A DNA stretch of 55,361 nt, taken from NCBI GenBank assembly GCA_964599405.1, contig CAZRED010000004.1, positions 1 to 55,361 on the forward strand, given 5' to 3'. The translations under genes were made by a program, and so were the position numbers. This document shows, piece after piece, positions 9,478 to 19,708 of this stretch. Under the pieces are notes generated by a model. It was not told the DNA's origin, made no database searches, and saw nothing but the letters and a program-made list of their open reading frames with translations. The number at the start of each line of letters is the position of its first letter. Position 1 is the stretch's first letter. This DNA comes from an uncultured Candidatus Saccharibacteria bacterium. Its GTDB lineage: Bacteria > Patescibacteriota > UBA1384 > 2-12-FULL-50-11.

Positions 9478-9987
9478 ATGAGCAACGATACACAAGAATT
9501 GATGGAAGCGGGGACTAAGCCGGTCAAAGAACACGAATGGTTGCAGAAGCTGGTGGGTGAGTGGCGGGTTGAATCCGAGATGGCCATGGAGCCGGGTGGG
9601 CCAAAACAGAAGTCGGAAGGCACAGAGACCGTCAAGAGTCTGGGGGGCCTGTGGGCATTTGCAGAAAATAAGGGAAAAATGCCAAACGGCACCGAAATGA
9701 CGGGGTACCTTGTCCTCGGGTATGACGTCTCCTTCAAAGAGTACCGGGGTTGTTGGTTCGGCTCGATGTCGTCCCACCTTTGGAAATATGTGGGTGAATT
9801 AAGTGCCGACGGCAAAACTATGACCCTGAACTGCGAGGGCCCGAGCATGACCAAAGACGGAGAAACTGCACTGTATCGCGATGTTATCGAGCTAATCGAC
9901 GAGAACCACCGAACACTAACCTCAAACGGCCAGGATGACAAAGGCGAGTGGCAGGAGTTTATGAAGTCCCACTACTACCGGGTTTAG
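9478..9987 (+). CDS. DUF1579 family protein
   Basis: KEHEWLQKLVGEW, LGGLW, LGYD...YRGCWFGSM pattern. Confidence 0.85.
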   Translation: MSNDTQELMEAGTKPVKEHEWLQKLVGEWRVESEMAMEPGGPKQKSEGTETVKSLGGLWAFAENKGKMPNGTEMTGYLVLGYDVSFKEYRGCWFGSMSSHLWKYVGELSADGKTMTLNCEGPSMTKDGETALYRDVIELIDENHRTLTSNGQDDKGEWQEFMKSHYYRV

Positions 9988-10100
9988 CTCTAAGATAGCT
10001 CTTCGAAAAGCTCAAGGTTTCTCATGTGAGTTTTTACTGTGTACCACCCACTCTTGAGTCCGAAGAAGTTTACTTCGACCGAGCGTAGCGAGTGGAGAAG

Positions 10101-10173
10101 TGGACCGTACCGGGATCGAACCGGTGACCTCTTCCATGCCATGGAAGCGCGCTACCAACTGCGCTAACGGCCC
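10101..10173 (-). tRNA. tRNA-Ala(GGC), CCA not encoded
   Basis: Cloverleaf; anticodon stem cttcc/ggaag with GGC; G3:U70; TTCGATC T-loop. Confidence 0.96.
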
Positions 10174-10207
10174 AGTGTTTGAATTTTACCCTAAATTTGC
10201 TTGAAGA

Positions 10208-11806
10208 TTAAGCAGTTTTAGCGGGTTGAGCTGCTGCGACAGGGGCTTTTTCGCGTTGGAGCGAAACAATTAGACTCTGACCGGTCATTTCGGTAGATTT
10301 GGGAATACCAAATAGCTCTAAAACTGTTGGGGCAATATCGGAGAGTTTACCGGTGGGACGGAGCATCATTGCTCCCAGTTGATCAGCAATAAGGGCGAAC
10401 GGCACAGGGCTATTGGTGTGCTCGGTGTCCGGCTCACCGGTTTTCGGGTTAACCATCTGTTCAGCATTACCGTGATCAGCTGTGACCATCAGTATCCCAC
10501 CGTGCTGCTGGATCGCCGCATAGATAGTAGCTAAGCCGTGATCAACCGCTTCACAAGCCTTAATCGCTGCTCGCAGATTACCGGTATGCCCAACCATATC
10601 CGGTGGGGCGTAGTTAAGAATAATGAAGTCGTACTGGTCGAGATTTTTGACCACCGCTTCTGTGACTGCTGCCGATGCCATCTCCGGCACTTGGTCGTAG
10701 CTGGTAGCTTTCGGTGACGGTACAACGATCCGCTCTTCGTTCGGATAGGTATTCTCGCTACCGCCGTTAAAGAAGTAGGTAACGTGGGCGTACTTTTCCG
10801 ACTCGGCCACGTGGAGTTGCTTCAGGCCCGCTTCCGACAACATCAGGGCTAGTGGCCGGGTAACGTTGCGCGGCCGAAAGGCTACTTCCATCGGTAATCC
10901 TTCTTGGTAGTAAGTGAAACCAACAAAATAAACATTCTCCAGCACGATTTTGCGCTTAAACCCATCAAAATCCGGTTTGACAAGCGCTTGGGTTAGCTCC
11001 CGAGCCCGGTCACCGCGGAAATTGTAAAAAATCACCGAATCGCCGGACTGAATCGGTTGGAAGCTGTTGCCTTCACCCTGAATAACGGTAGGGGGAATAT
11101 ATTCATCGGAAAAACCGTCGCGATACGCCGCCGCCACGGCTCCTTCAGCGGAATGAGCCATTTGGCCGACGCCTTCGGTCATAGCCCGGTAGGTTTTTTC
11201 AATTCGTTCCCAACGATGGTCACGATCCATGGCAAAGTAGCGCCCGGAAACGGTAGAGATAACACCAAAGCCGTATTGCTCGAGCACTTTGTTGAGATGC
11301 GATATGTGAGTTTGGGCTTCAAATGGTGGGGTATCGCGCCCGTCGGTAATGCAGTGGATATAGACTTTAGTAAAATCAAGCGCTTTGGCCATTTTCAACA
11401 GGGCGTAGAGATGATCAATATGGCTATGAATTCCGCCGTTGCTGGCTAAGCCAATTATGTGAACAGCGGTATTATTTTTCTTGGCCAGTTTGAATGCTTC
11501 TACTAATGGCTGACTTTTCGCAAATGAGCCATCGGCGATGGCAGCAGTGATCGCCGGCAAGGATTCGTGGACGATTTGACCAGCACCGATATTTAAATGC
11601 CCAACCTCCGAGTTGCCACGTTCATGGTCGGGCAAACCAACGGCAGCACCGGAAGCCTCCAAAACCGAGTTTGGGTAAGACTTCATCGCCATATTCATAA
11701 ACGGCGTGCGAGCCAGCGACACAGCATTGCCGCCCCAATGCGGGGCGATACCCCAGCCGTCAATAACGGCCAATACGACTGGGCGGGGTAGCTTACTGGT
11801 GGTCAT
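10208..11806 (-). CDS. gpmI: 2,3-bisphosphoglycerate-independent phosphoglycerate mutase
   Basis: IDGWG, GNSEVGH, DGRDT, GRYFAMDRD, DMVGHTG, ADHGNAE. Confidence 0.97.
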   Translation of the reverse strand: MTTSKLPRPVVLAVIDGWGIAPHWGGNAVSLARTPFMNMAMKSYPNSVLEASGAAVGLPDHERGNSEVGHLNIGAGQIVHESLPAITAAIADGSFAKSQPLVEAFKLAKKNNTAVHIIGLASNGGIHSHIDHLYALLKMAKALDFTKVYIHCITDGRDTPPFEAQTHISHLNKVLEQYGFGVISTVSGRYFAMDRDHRWERIEKTYRAMTEGVGQMAHSAEGAVAAAYRDGFSDEYIPPTVIQGEGNSFQPIQSGDSVIFYNFRGDRARELTQALVKPDFDGFKRKIVLENVYFVGFTYYQEGLPMEVAFRPRNVTRPLALMLSEAGLKQLHVAESEKYAHVTYFFNGGSENTYPNEERIVVPSPKATSYDQVPEMASAAVTEAVVKNLDQYDFIILNYAPPDMVGHTGNLRAAIKACEAVDHGLATIYAAIQQHGGILMVTADHGNAEQMVNPKTGEPDTEHTNSPVPFALIADQLGAMMLRPTGKLSDIAPTVLELFGIPKSTEMTGQSLIVSLQREKAPVAAAQPAKTA

Positions 11807-13010
11807 GGCCGCCCAGCTCGCGCTCGATGGTCAGTAAACGGTGGTATTTGCTCATTCGTTCGGCGTGGGAATCGTTGGGCGCACCGGTTTTAATAAACTG
11901 GGCGCCGATGCCAACAGCGAAGTCGGCGATATAATCGTCCAGAGTTTCGCCGGAGCGATGGGAGACGATAATCACGTAGCCGGCTTTGCGAGCGATGTCG
12001 CAGACCTGCATGGTTTCAGTAAGGGTGCCGATTTGGTTGAGCTTGACCAAAATGGCGTTGCAGGCCTCCGTTTCGATACTTTTCTTCAAGCGCTCGGCGT
12101 TGGTAGAGAGCAGATCGTCGCCGACGAGTAGGAGTTTTTTACTGGTTTGGTTGGAAGTTTCGAATTCTTTTTTAAACTTCGACCAATTTTCCCAGTCTTC
12201 TTCTGGGAAGGGGTCTTCAATCGAGAGGATGGGGAAGTCGTGAAGTAAGCCGAGGTAGCGCTTGGGCGATATTTCAAAGGTTGGTGCGACACTGGAGGCC
12301 GCGACATCTAGGCCAAGCGACACTTCGTCCCAGGGTTTGTAGCCGGATTCTTTAATTGCTTGGACCAGGTAGTCCAGGGCCATTTCGTTGGTATCCATGC
12401 TCGGGGCATAGCCACCTTCGTCGCCGATCGGTAAGTAAACAGACGATGAACCATGGAGCAGTTCGCCAACAGTGCTAAAAATTAACTTGCCGGCGGAAAG
12501 TTGGTTGTGAAAGCCTTCGACTTTGTCGGGAATCACCATGAACTCCTGAATATCCAGGTTATTATCGGCGTGTTTACCGCCGTTAATCAGGTTCATCATC
12601 GGAATTGGCAGCGAATAGCCGTGCCGGCCATCCAGTTCGCCGATATATTTGTAAAGTGGGAGTTTCTTAGAAGCGGCAGCAGCCCGGGAAACAGCCAGTG
12701 AGACGCCAAGGATAGTGTTGCCGCCCAAGCGGCTTTTGTCAGCCGTGCCATCTAGCTTGATCATTTTTTCGTCGATTTCGGCTTGTTTGGTAGCGTCCAT
12801 GTCCCGCAAGGCTGGGAAAATTTCTTTCGCAATGAATTGAACGCCCTTGCCGGGTTCAATGGCAACGGCTTCAAAAGATGATTTGGAAGCACCGGCCGGA
12901 ACAGCGGCGGCACCGGTATGGCCACCAGCAGTTTTGACGCTAACTTGAATAGTTTCGTCGCCGCGCGAGTCGTGAATTACTTGGCCGATAATTTCAGTAA
13001 TTTTGGTCAT
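11793..13010 (-). CDS. eno: Enolase
   Basis: DSRG, NGGKHADN..IQEFM, GDEGG, VGDDL, KLNQIGT, SHRSGET. Confidence 0.95.
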   Translation of the reverse strand: MTKITEIIGQVIHDSRGDETIQVSVKTAGGHTGAAAVPAGASKSSFEAVAIEPGKGVQFIAKEIFPALRDMDATKQAEIDEKMIKLDGTADKSRLGGNTILGVSLAVSRAAAASKKLPLYKYIGELDGRHGYSLPIPMMNLINGGKHADNNLDIQEFMVIPDKVEGFHNQLSAGKLIFSTVGELLHGSSSVYLPIGDEGGYAPSMDTNEMALDYLVQAIKESGYKPWDEVSLGLDVAASSVAPTFEISPKRYLGLLHDFPILSIEDPFPEEDWENWSKFKKEFETSNQTSKKLLLVGDDLLSTNAERLKKSIETEACNAILVKLNQIGTLTETMQVCDIARKAGYVIIVSHRSGETLDDYIADFAVGIGAQFIKTGAPNDSHAERMSKYHRLLTIERELGGHDHQ

Positions 13011-13068
13011 TTCCCTCCGAAATTCATAGTGCCAGCAACGCTGTCCCTAATCAACTTGAGGGTTGCTT

Positions 13069-14091
13069 TCATACCTTCTTTAATTCTTCCTTCAAAAAGG
13101 TAATTGACTCGACAGGTGTTGGGTCAACGCCGTAGACACCGGCCAGGTAAAAACTTAGCCAGTCACCAAAATGCAGCAGCAGCCACTGTTCGGCTAGCTG
13201 ACTATTCGAGGCAACAGACAGTGGGACGGCCGATATTTCTTTATTTAAGAATAGTTTTTCAATAATTTTACCCCGGGCGATGTTGCGCGAGAAAGCGTAT
13301 TTCGATTCCAATACCAACACCGACAGTTTTTCCGGGACAGCATAATCAACACCAACTATGGTGTTATGGCATAGCTCCGGAAAATCAGCACTAGTTGCAA
13401 AAGTTTTACTGTTTTCGTTGAGTTGGCTTACCCAGCGATCGGCGACAGCAGTTAGGGGGGCACTGGCAGCAATCATCGGTACTTTGTTATTGAGGGAAAT
13501 TGCCAATTCTTCCGCTTTGTCGGTAAATTTCGTGTCGGTACCAACTTTACGGAGCTCTTCAAGCGCCTGGAAGTACTGGGTTTCTAAAAAATTCACCAAC
13601 TTCATCTTGGTTAGTAGGGTAATTAACGAACCATAAAGCCAGCCAATGGCAGCGCGTGGCGCGGCTGCATCTTGATAGATAACAATCGGAAAAGCGTGAA
13701 TTTGGGAGAGTTCCTGGAGTTTGCCGCCAGTAGTGATGACGACCACGGGGATTTTCTTTTCGACAGCCGATTTAACCGCATCTACCGTTTCTTCGGTGTC
13801 GCCAGAGTGACTAACGCCAATAACTAATGTTTCAGTGTTTACCCAGGTTGGCAGACCGTAGTCAGCCCAAGTTTCAATGTGAATAGCTTGGTCGGCAAAA
13901 AGTTCTTTGGCGAGTTTTCCGGCAATACCGCTGCCACCCATGCCGCAGATAACGATGTGGGAAATTTTCCCTTCCCAGTGTGGAACATCTTTGGTCCAGA
14001 GGGTCGTCCAGGCTTTTTCCAGCTGGTCAGGAAACTCCCGAATTTTTTCTTCCATCTTGCCTTCGTCAAGTACGACAATCTGTTCAGACAT
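13069..14091 (-). CDS. Bifunctional phosphoglucose/phosphomannose isomerase (SIS domain)
   Basis: GMGGSG, SHSGDTEET, QLNENSK, PELCHN, GVDPTPV. Confidence 0.92.
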   Translation of the reverse strand: MSEQIVVLDEGKMEEKIREFPDQLEKAWTTLWTKDVPHWEGKISHIVICGMGGSGIAGKLAKELFADQAIHIETWADYGLPTWVNTETLVIGVSHSGDTEETVDAVKSAVEKKIPVVVITTGGKLQELSQIHAFPIVIYQDAAAPRAAIGWLYGSLITLLTKMKLVNFLETQYFQALEELRKVGTDTKFTDKAEELAISLNNKVPMIAASAPLTAVADRWVSQLNENSKTFATSADFPELCHNTIVGVDYAVPEKLSVLVLESKYAFSRNIARGKIIEKLFLNKEISAVPLSVASNSQLAEQWLLLHFGDWLSFYLAGVYGVDPTPVESITFLKEELKKV

Positions 14092-14138
14092 AGATTAACC
14101 GTACCGGGAAAGAGGGTATTAGAAAAGTGCTTACGTTC

Positions 14139-14906
14139 TCACAGGGATGTAAAAAACGAAGCAATTATAAAGGTGAGGTATCCATAAGCAAGCATCAATC
14201 CGATAATCGTAGGTTTATTTACGCGATAAACTCCTCGAAGCGATGGGGTAAGTAAGGCGGCCGCTAAAACTGCCGTCAACGGAGTAGGCAACACCAAAGT
14301 ATCTAAATTTAGGTTTGCGTAAAGGTTTGGATTAGAGTTATTTAGAAAGTAAGCCGTGCCCCCGATGACCCAGGATCCAATCGCCAATAGTAAACCTACC
14401 CAAACAATTGGTCTTATGGTTGTAGCAACGGTGTCTTTCACTTCATCTCTCTTTTTATACAGAAGAATCACCACCCAAAGAACCAAAAATATTAAACCCT
14501 TATAAATATAATTAAGTGTGGAATAGGGTAGTTTGAACCAGGGGTGGAGTATCGCGGAATGACCATCTTTAATGTTGTCTTCGTTGGAGTACCTGGGGTT
14601 ATATGCTACCGGCAGTTTGTCGCCAACATGCACTCGCAACGCTCCACAAATAGCATCGCTAGTTTTTTCTTTTTCACCGTTTACGACGTACTCGACAATT
14701 GGACAAACGGCTGTTCGAACTGGACTTCCTGCAGAGGTCAGCACGGTATCAAACTTGGTTACTGTTCCTTCGGTACGGGCCGTTAAGTCTTGAAACTGAA
14801 TATTATAGTAGGTAACGCGATAAGCTTGCCAAAAGAAAAATAAAGCCAGTACTGCCGTAATGGCTAGAAGTGGGTACGCAACTGTACTAGGAATCTGTAA
14901 ACGCAT
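14139..14906 (-). CDS. Membrane protein, DUF3592-like N-terminal domain
   Basis: TM, then TEGTV...PIVEY...VGDKLPVAYNP, then further TMs; TATAAT ends 6 nt before the ATG. Confidence 0.6.
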   Translation of the reverse strand: MRLQIPSTVAYPLLAITAVLALFFFWQAYRVTYYNIQFQDLTARTEGTVTKFDTVLTSAGSPVRTAVCPIVEYVVNGEKEKTSDAICGALRVHVGDKLPVAYNPRYSNEDNIKDGHSAILHPWFKLPYSTLNYIYKGLIFLVLWVVILLYKKRDEVKDTVATTIRPIVWVGLLLAIGSWVIGGTAYFLNNSNPNLYANLNLDTLVLPTPLTAVLAAALLTPSLRGVYRVNKPTIIGLMLAYGYLTFIIASFFTSL

Positions 14907-14927
14907 AATATAATTATACCCTTTCTG

Positions 14928-14998
14928 TGGACCTACCGAGAGTCGGACTCGGATCTCAGCAATGCGAATGCTGTGTTCTACCGTTTAACTATAGGCCC
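14928..14998 (-). tRNA. tRNA-Ala(CGC)
   Basis: GGGCCTA/TAGGTCC acceptor with G3:U70; cagca-ttCGCat-tgctg; variant T-loop TCCGACT. Confidence 0.88.
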
Positions 14999-15086
14999 GG
15001 GATACGGGCCCTAAGCAACAACCTAGTTGCTACCGGCCCTTAATCAGTACAATTTTACCTGAAAATTTGTTAAAATTAACCCGTCA

Positions 15087-15169
15087 GCCAGAGTGGTGGA
15101 ACGGTATACACGCAGCACTCAAAATGCTGTGGGCGCAAGCCCTTGCGGGTTCAAATCCCGCCTCTGGTA
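15087..15169 (+). tRNA. tRNA-Leu(CAA)
   Basis: cagca-ctCAAaa-tgctg; long variable arm gggc-gcaa-gccc; TTCAAAT T-loop. Confidence 0.96.
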
Positions 15170-15170
15170 C

Positions 15171-15896
15171 ATGAAAGAACTGCAAGTGAACGAGCGAGAC
15201 TTCAAAAAGCTGTTTATTTCCGACAGTCCAACGGCGCGGTTTTGGCGATTTATCCGCGGCAGTCTGCGTCAATTACTATCGCTGGCTGGCTGGTTTCTGC
15301 TATTTTTCTTGATTTTAAACTTCGGCGCCTACTGGCAACGCTTTGAGTACACCGTTAACGCCCAACCGGTGGAGAAAGAAGTGATCGTCGCTGCTCCTGT
15401 TGTTCAAGAGATTCAGTACAAACCAGAGCTGCAAATTCCCAAACTCGGTATTGTTGCCCCATTATTAACCGACATCGATCCTGCCGTGATGGTGGAGTAC
15501 CTGAAACAGGGTGTTACCCAATACTTAGACACGGCCAAACCCGGCCAAGTTGGCAATAGCGTGATTGTCGGACACTCATCCGATTATCCGTGGAGTGACG
15601 GGCTATATAAAAATGTTTTTGCCTTACTCGATAAGCTGGTAGCCGGCGATCAAATTATTATTCCGTTTGGTAGTCAACGCTATATCTACGAAGTGTACGA
15701 AACCAAGATTGTTCGGCCAACTGAACTGTCGGTGCTGAAGAAAACCGATACGCCGATCCTGACGTTGTTGACTTGTTACCCGGTGGGCACCACCCGCAGC
15801 CGGTTAATTGTTCACGCCAAATTAGTCAGCAACAATGTCGGATCCCCGCAACTGACCGAGCCGTTTACTGGGGAAGGGCTGCCGCGGCCACGGTAG
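15171..15896 (+). CDS. Sortase family protein
   Basis: [27 protein letters not shown]; N-terminal TM. The longer ORF start lies inside the tRNA. Confidence 0.9.
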   Translation: MKELQVNERDFKKLFISDSPTARFWRFIRGSLRQLLSLAGWFLLFFLILNFGAYWQRFEYTVNAQPVEKEVIVAAPVVQEIQYKPELQIPKLGIVAPLLTDIDPAVMVEYLKQGVTQYLDTAKPGQVGNSVIVGHSSDYPWSDGLYKNVFALLDKLVAGDQIIIPFGSQRYIYEVYETKIVRPTELSVLKKTDTPILTLLTCYPVGTTRSRLIVHAKLVSNNVGSPQLTEPFTGEGLPRPR

Positions 15897-16578
15897 GCTC
15901 GGTGAGATTGATTAAATAGCTGGTGGTGCCGTCCTTAACGGCAAACGACCAACTGAACGGCTTCGGGTTAATCGTTACTTCGTCGCTCGCCACTGTGTGA
16001 ATAAGAAAGTCTTGAGTAGTTTCCGGATCATATGTCCGGATTTGCTGGTCGAGTTGGTAGAGATAAATATGGTTAAGCCGGTAAACTTTTAGCGGCGCGG
16101 CGGCAAACCGGGTGATAAAAATGGTGCCGTCGTAGAGCTCGCCGTCGGTGAGCGTTAGTCCCGAGCTAAGAGGACCGAGGGTAATAAAGCGGTAATCAAC
16201 CGGGAGTGCCGTGGTTAGGGGATTATCGGCAATTAACACGACATCTTTAATTCGTTCAACACCACCAGTTTGCAGAACGATATTTTTAACAAAGCTCCGG
16301 TATCCGGCTCGAGCGATCTCTAATTCATATAGTCCGGCTTTCAGTTGGCGCTGTTGTAGCGGCAGCTCGGTACCAACCTTTAAGCCGTTAAGTGTAACAG
16401 TGACGTCATTAAGCTTTTCCTCGATAGCGATAACTGACGTCTGCTCGAAGGAACCGGTCGCCCGATCGTAGCTTAGGCCGTTCACCCAGAGCAGCGAAAA
16501 AACGGTAATCGTCACAAACGCTGTCGTTCCAAATAGGCCAACCAGGAAATTTTGAACGAACTGCTGTTTACGGGTCAT
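15865..16578 (-). CDS. PEGA-domain-like membrane-anchored protein
   Basis: N-terminal TM then VTLNG...LKAGLYELEIARAGY. Confidence 0.65.
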   Translation of the reverse strand: MTRKQQFVQNFLVGLFGTTAFVTITVFSLLWVNGLSYDRATGSFEQTSVIAIEEKLNDVTVTLNGLKVGTELPLQQRQLKAGLYELEIARAGYRSFVKNIVLQTGGVERIKDVVLIADNPLTTALPVDYRFITLGPLSSGLTLTDGELYDGTIFITRFAAAPLKVYRLNHIYLYQLDQQIRTYDPETTQDFLIHTVASDEVTINPKPFSWSFAVKDGTTSYLINLTEPTVAAAALPQ

Positions 16579-16688
16579 TTTACGAGGCTCGGTGAGTAAA
16601 AGAAACTTTTAGTTTCATATCTTTTGATTGTAGCACGACTATTAATACTTGGTTTAGAGGTAATTACCTGGTACGATGCCGGTCAGTA

Positions 16689-17696
16689 ATGGTTAGAAAA
16701 ATCGGCATTGATTTAGGCACTAATAATATCTTAATTTTTGTTCCCGGTCAGGGGATTGTGATTGACGAGCCAGCGGTGGCGGCGATTGATGCTTTTGACA
16801 ATAAAATTGTCGCTTTCGGTGAAGAAGCCCGCAAAATGCTGGGGAAAACGCCGGACAGCATCGTTGCTGCCCGGCCACTCAAAGATGGGGTGATTGCCAA
16901 CTTTAAAGTAACGGAAGCCATGCTCCGTTACTTCATTAACCGCATCAGCGGCCGGCTCCGTTTATTACGGCCGGATATTATGGTGGCTGTGCCGGTGGGC
17001 GCCACTTCCACGGAACGCCGAGCGGTGGTTGATGCTTGTGTTTCGGCCGGCGCTAAGAAAGCCTATTTAATTAAAGAGCCAATTGCGGCGGCGCTGGGGG
17101 CTAATGTGCCGATTGCGGCCGCGGAAGGGCATTTGATTATCGATATTGGCAGCGGCACAACCGAAGTGGCAGTGATTTCCTTGGGCGACGTGGTGGCCTC
17201 CACCTCGGTACGAGTGGGCGGCAATAAAATGGACGTGGCAATTGCCAGCTTTGTCCGCAAGAAATATTCGTTAGTGATTGGTGAGCAGACCGCCGAAGCG
17301 ATGAAAGTAAAAGTTGGGTCAGTTTTACCAATGAAAAAAGAGCTAACGATGGAACTCTCCGGCACTAATTTTGTGACTGGTTTGCCGCAAAGTGTGTTGG
17401 TTAATTCGTCGGACGTGATGAACGCTGTTCAAGAAGAGCTAAAAGAAATTATCGGCGCAGTTAAAACTGTCCTCCAAAAAACCCCGCCAGAACTAGCAGC
17501 CGACATTATGGACAAGGGAATGATTATGACTGGCGGCGGCTCGCTACTGCGCAATCTAGACCAAATGTTTACCAAAGTTACCGGCGTACCGTGCCAGCTA
17601 GCAGAGGAACCCCGGCTCTGCGTGGTGCGCGGCACCGGCATTGCCGTCGAGCATCTGGATGAATATGTCCGATCGGTCCTTTGGGCAAAGCGCTAA
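16689..17696 (+). CDS. mreB: Rod shape-determining protein MreB
   Basis: IGIDLGT, RPLKDGVIA, DIGSGTTE, TGGGSLL. Confidence 0.96.
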   Translation: MVRKIGIDLGTNNILIFVPGQGIVIDEPAVAAIDAFDNKIVAFGEEARKMLGKTPDSIVAARPLKDGVIANFKVTEAMLRYFINRISGRLRLLRPDIMVAVPVGATSTERRAVVDACVSAGAKKAYLIKEPIAAALGANVPIAAAEGHLIIDIGSGTTEVAVISLGDVVASTSVRVGGNKMDVAIASFVRKKYSLVIGEQTAEAMKVKVGSVLPMKKELTMELSGTNFVTGLPQSVLVNSSDVMNAVQEELKEIIGAVKTVLQKTPPELAADIMDKGMIMTGGGSLLRNLDQMFTKVTGVPCQLAEEPRLCVVRGTGIAVEHLDEYVRSVLWAKR

Positions 17697-17739
17697 AATA
17701 TCCGTAGAAATATCCGTTTAACCTGGCATAATTGCAGTA

Positions 17740-18891
17740 ATGAGTATCATAGCAAACGGGATACCCGTATCGCTTAACGAGCGACAAACGCTCGTTATTG
17801 GCATTGACGCTTCCCGCGCTGTCCGCGCCGTCCGAACCGGGCCGGAGAATTACTCTTGGGAAATTATCCGCCAATTAGTTCAAATCCCCACCGAGCACAC
17901 CTTCCGGCTCTACTCGCCAACGTCACCGCCCAGTAATTTTCTACCACAAGAGCGCCCGAACGTGGAGTGGCGAATTTTGCCACAGCGGCGTTTGTGGTCG
18001 CAAGTCCGGCTCGCCCGGGAGCTAAAAGATCATCCGCCGGATGTGTTGTTTGTGCCGTCGCACGTGGTGCCGTTTTTCTCCAGCGTCCCCACGGTGGTAA
18101 CGCTCCACGATGTTTCCTACAAATACTTTCCAAAGCAATACTCCGCTTTTGACCGACGTTACTTAAACTTTTCGACCGCCGTTTCGATTGGCCGAGCCAA
18201 AACTGTACTAACACCCACCGAATCAACTAAGGCCGATTTAGTGAAGTTCTACGGCGCTAAACCGGAGCGAATTGTAGTGACGCCGTTGGGCTACAATAAA
18301 GAAATCTACTTTCCGGCCAAACCGGGTGAAAAACCGCCGATCCAAGATCCATACATATTGTTTGTCGGACGGATTGAGGACAAGAAAAACGTCGGACTGC
18401 TGGTTGATGCTTTTAGCTTGCTAAGTAAAGAGCAAAAAAGTGTGAAGTTAATCCTGATTGGCCGCCCAGGCTACGGCTTTGAAGAAATCAAGCTGAAAAT
18501 CGACAGACTTCCAGCAGCGGCCAGGCAAAACGTGATGATGCCAGGCTACATGCCGCAGTTCGATACGGTTCGTTACCTGCGTCATGCCAGTGTTTTTGCC
18601 TTTCCTAGCCGTCATGAAGGATTCGGCTTGGCAGCACTGGAGGCGATGGCTTGCGGAACACCGGTAGTGGCTAGCAATACCCCGGCTTTAGCCGAAGTGA
18701 TTGGTGATGCCGGTGTGTCACTCCCGTCCGAAAACCCCCTTACTTGGGCCGGTGCGTTGAGCCGGGTACTCAACCAACCGGATTACGCCAAAACACTGCG
18801 CGAAAAATCACTGAAACGGGCCGAGCGCTACACATGGGAAAAAACTGCCGAAATGACGTTTAAGATTCTGGAAGATGTCGCCAAAAACTAG
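17740..18891 (+). CDS. Glycosyltransferase family 4 (GT-B)
   Basis: FVGRIEDKKN, FPSRHEGFGLAALEAMACGTPV. Confidence 0.92.
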   Translation: MSIIANGIPVSLNERQTLVIGIDASRAVRAVRTGPENYSWEIIRQLVQIPTEHTFRLYSPTSPPSNFLPQERPNVEWRILPQRRLWSQVRLARELKDHPPDVLFVPSHVVPFFSSVPTVVTLHDVSYKYFPKQYSAFDRRYLNFSTAVSIGRAKTVLTPTESTKADLVKFYGAKPERIVVTPLGYNKEIYFPAKPGEKPPIQDPYILFVGRIEDKKNVGLLVDAFSLLSKEQKSVKLILIGRPGYGFEEIKLKIDRLPAAARQNVMMPGYMPQFDTVRYLRHASVFAFPSRHEGFGLAALEAMACGTPVVASNTPALAEVIGDAGVSLPSENPLTWAGALSRVLNQPDYAKTLREKSLKRAERYTWEKTAEMTFKILEDVAKN

Positions 18892-19600
18892 CATTTATTT
18901 ACTGGGAACGCGCCTTGATATCGTCGACTGGACGATGATTGAGCAGTTTTGCCGAGAGTCATTAGTTCAAGGCGCCCCAAAAATGATCACTACCATTAAT
19001 GGCGAGATTGCCTTATTGGCCCGGAAATACCCCGACTATCGCACAATATTGAATCGGGCTGATCTGGCGATTCCCGATTCAACAAACGTGGTTTGGGTGG
19101 CGCGACTGAAAGGCGCCGAGCTCAAACGAACCACACCTGGCGTTGAGCTAGTAGAGCGGCTTGGCGGGATTGCCGCCGAGATGAATAAATCGATCTATTT
19201 ATTAGGTAGCCAGGGAGGTGCTGCGGCTAAAACGGCCGAAATACTGCAACAAAAGTTTCCGGGGTTGGAAGTGGCCGGTGTTAGTGAAGCCGAACCAGAC
19301 GATCCAGCTATTGCGGCAGAAATTCGCCGAAAAAACCCCGATATTGTGTTTGTGGCCTACGGTGCGCCGAAGCAAGAAAAGTGGATTGTCGAGCACAAAG
19401 ACCAGGTAACAGCGAAAATTATGGTGGGGATTGGCGGCAGCTTTGATATGATCTCCGGCATCTTTCCCCGCGCTCCGCGAGCCTGGCGCCGCATGCACCT
19501 AGAGTGGCTCTGGCGGCTAATTTTGCAGCCCCAGCGATTCTGGCGAATCATTAAGGCGGTGATAATTTTCCCGCTGCTAGCACTTTTCAACAAAGACTAG
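18875..19600 (+). CDS. WecB/TagA/CpsF family glycosyltransferase
   Basis: VAYGAPKQEKW, GIGGSFD, RAP...LEWLWRL..QPQR. Confidence 0.93.
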   Translation: MSPKTSIYLLGTRLDIVDWTMIEQFCRESLVQGAPKMITTINGEIALLARKYPDYRTILNRADLAIPDSTNVVWVARLKGAELKRTTPGVELVERLGGIAAEMNKSIYLLGSQGGAAAKTAEILQQKFPGLEVAGVSEAEPDDPAIAAEIRRKNPDIVFVAYGAPKQEKWIVEHKDQVTAKIMVGIGGSFDMISGIFPRAPRAWRRMHLEWLWRLILQPQRFWRIIKAVIIFPLLALFNKD

Positions 19601-19641
19601 TTGTTTTTTAGTGGGACTTTTGTTACTATTACCGAGTAGTT

Positions 19642-19666
19642 ACCAGGATTCATCCTGGTTCTTTTT
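19642..19666 (+). terminator. Terminator/attenuator hairpin in the nusA leader
   Basis: accaggat-tc-atcctggt then tcttttt, upstream of the nusA SD. Confidence 0.55.
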
Positions 19667-19708
19667 GTTAAAAGTCAGTAACCTAAATGTATTAAGGAGC
19701 AAAAATTG

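Noticed and set aside
15093-15170. N-terminal extension of the sortase ORF
   Set aside because: It lies within tRNA-Leu; ATG 15171 is more plausible.
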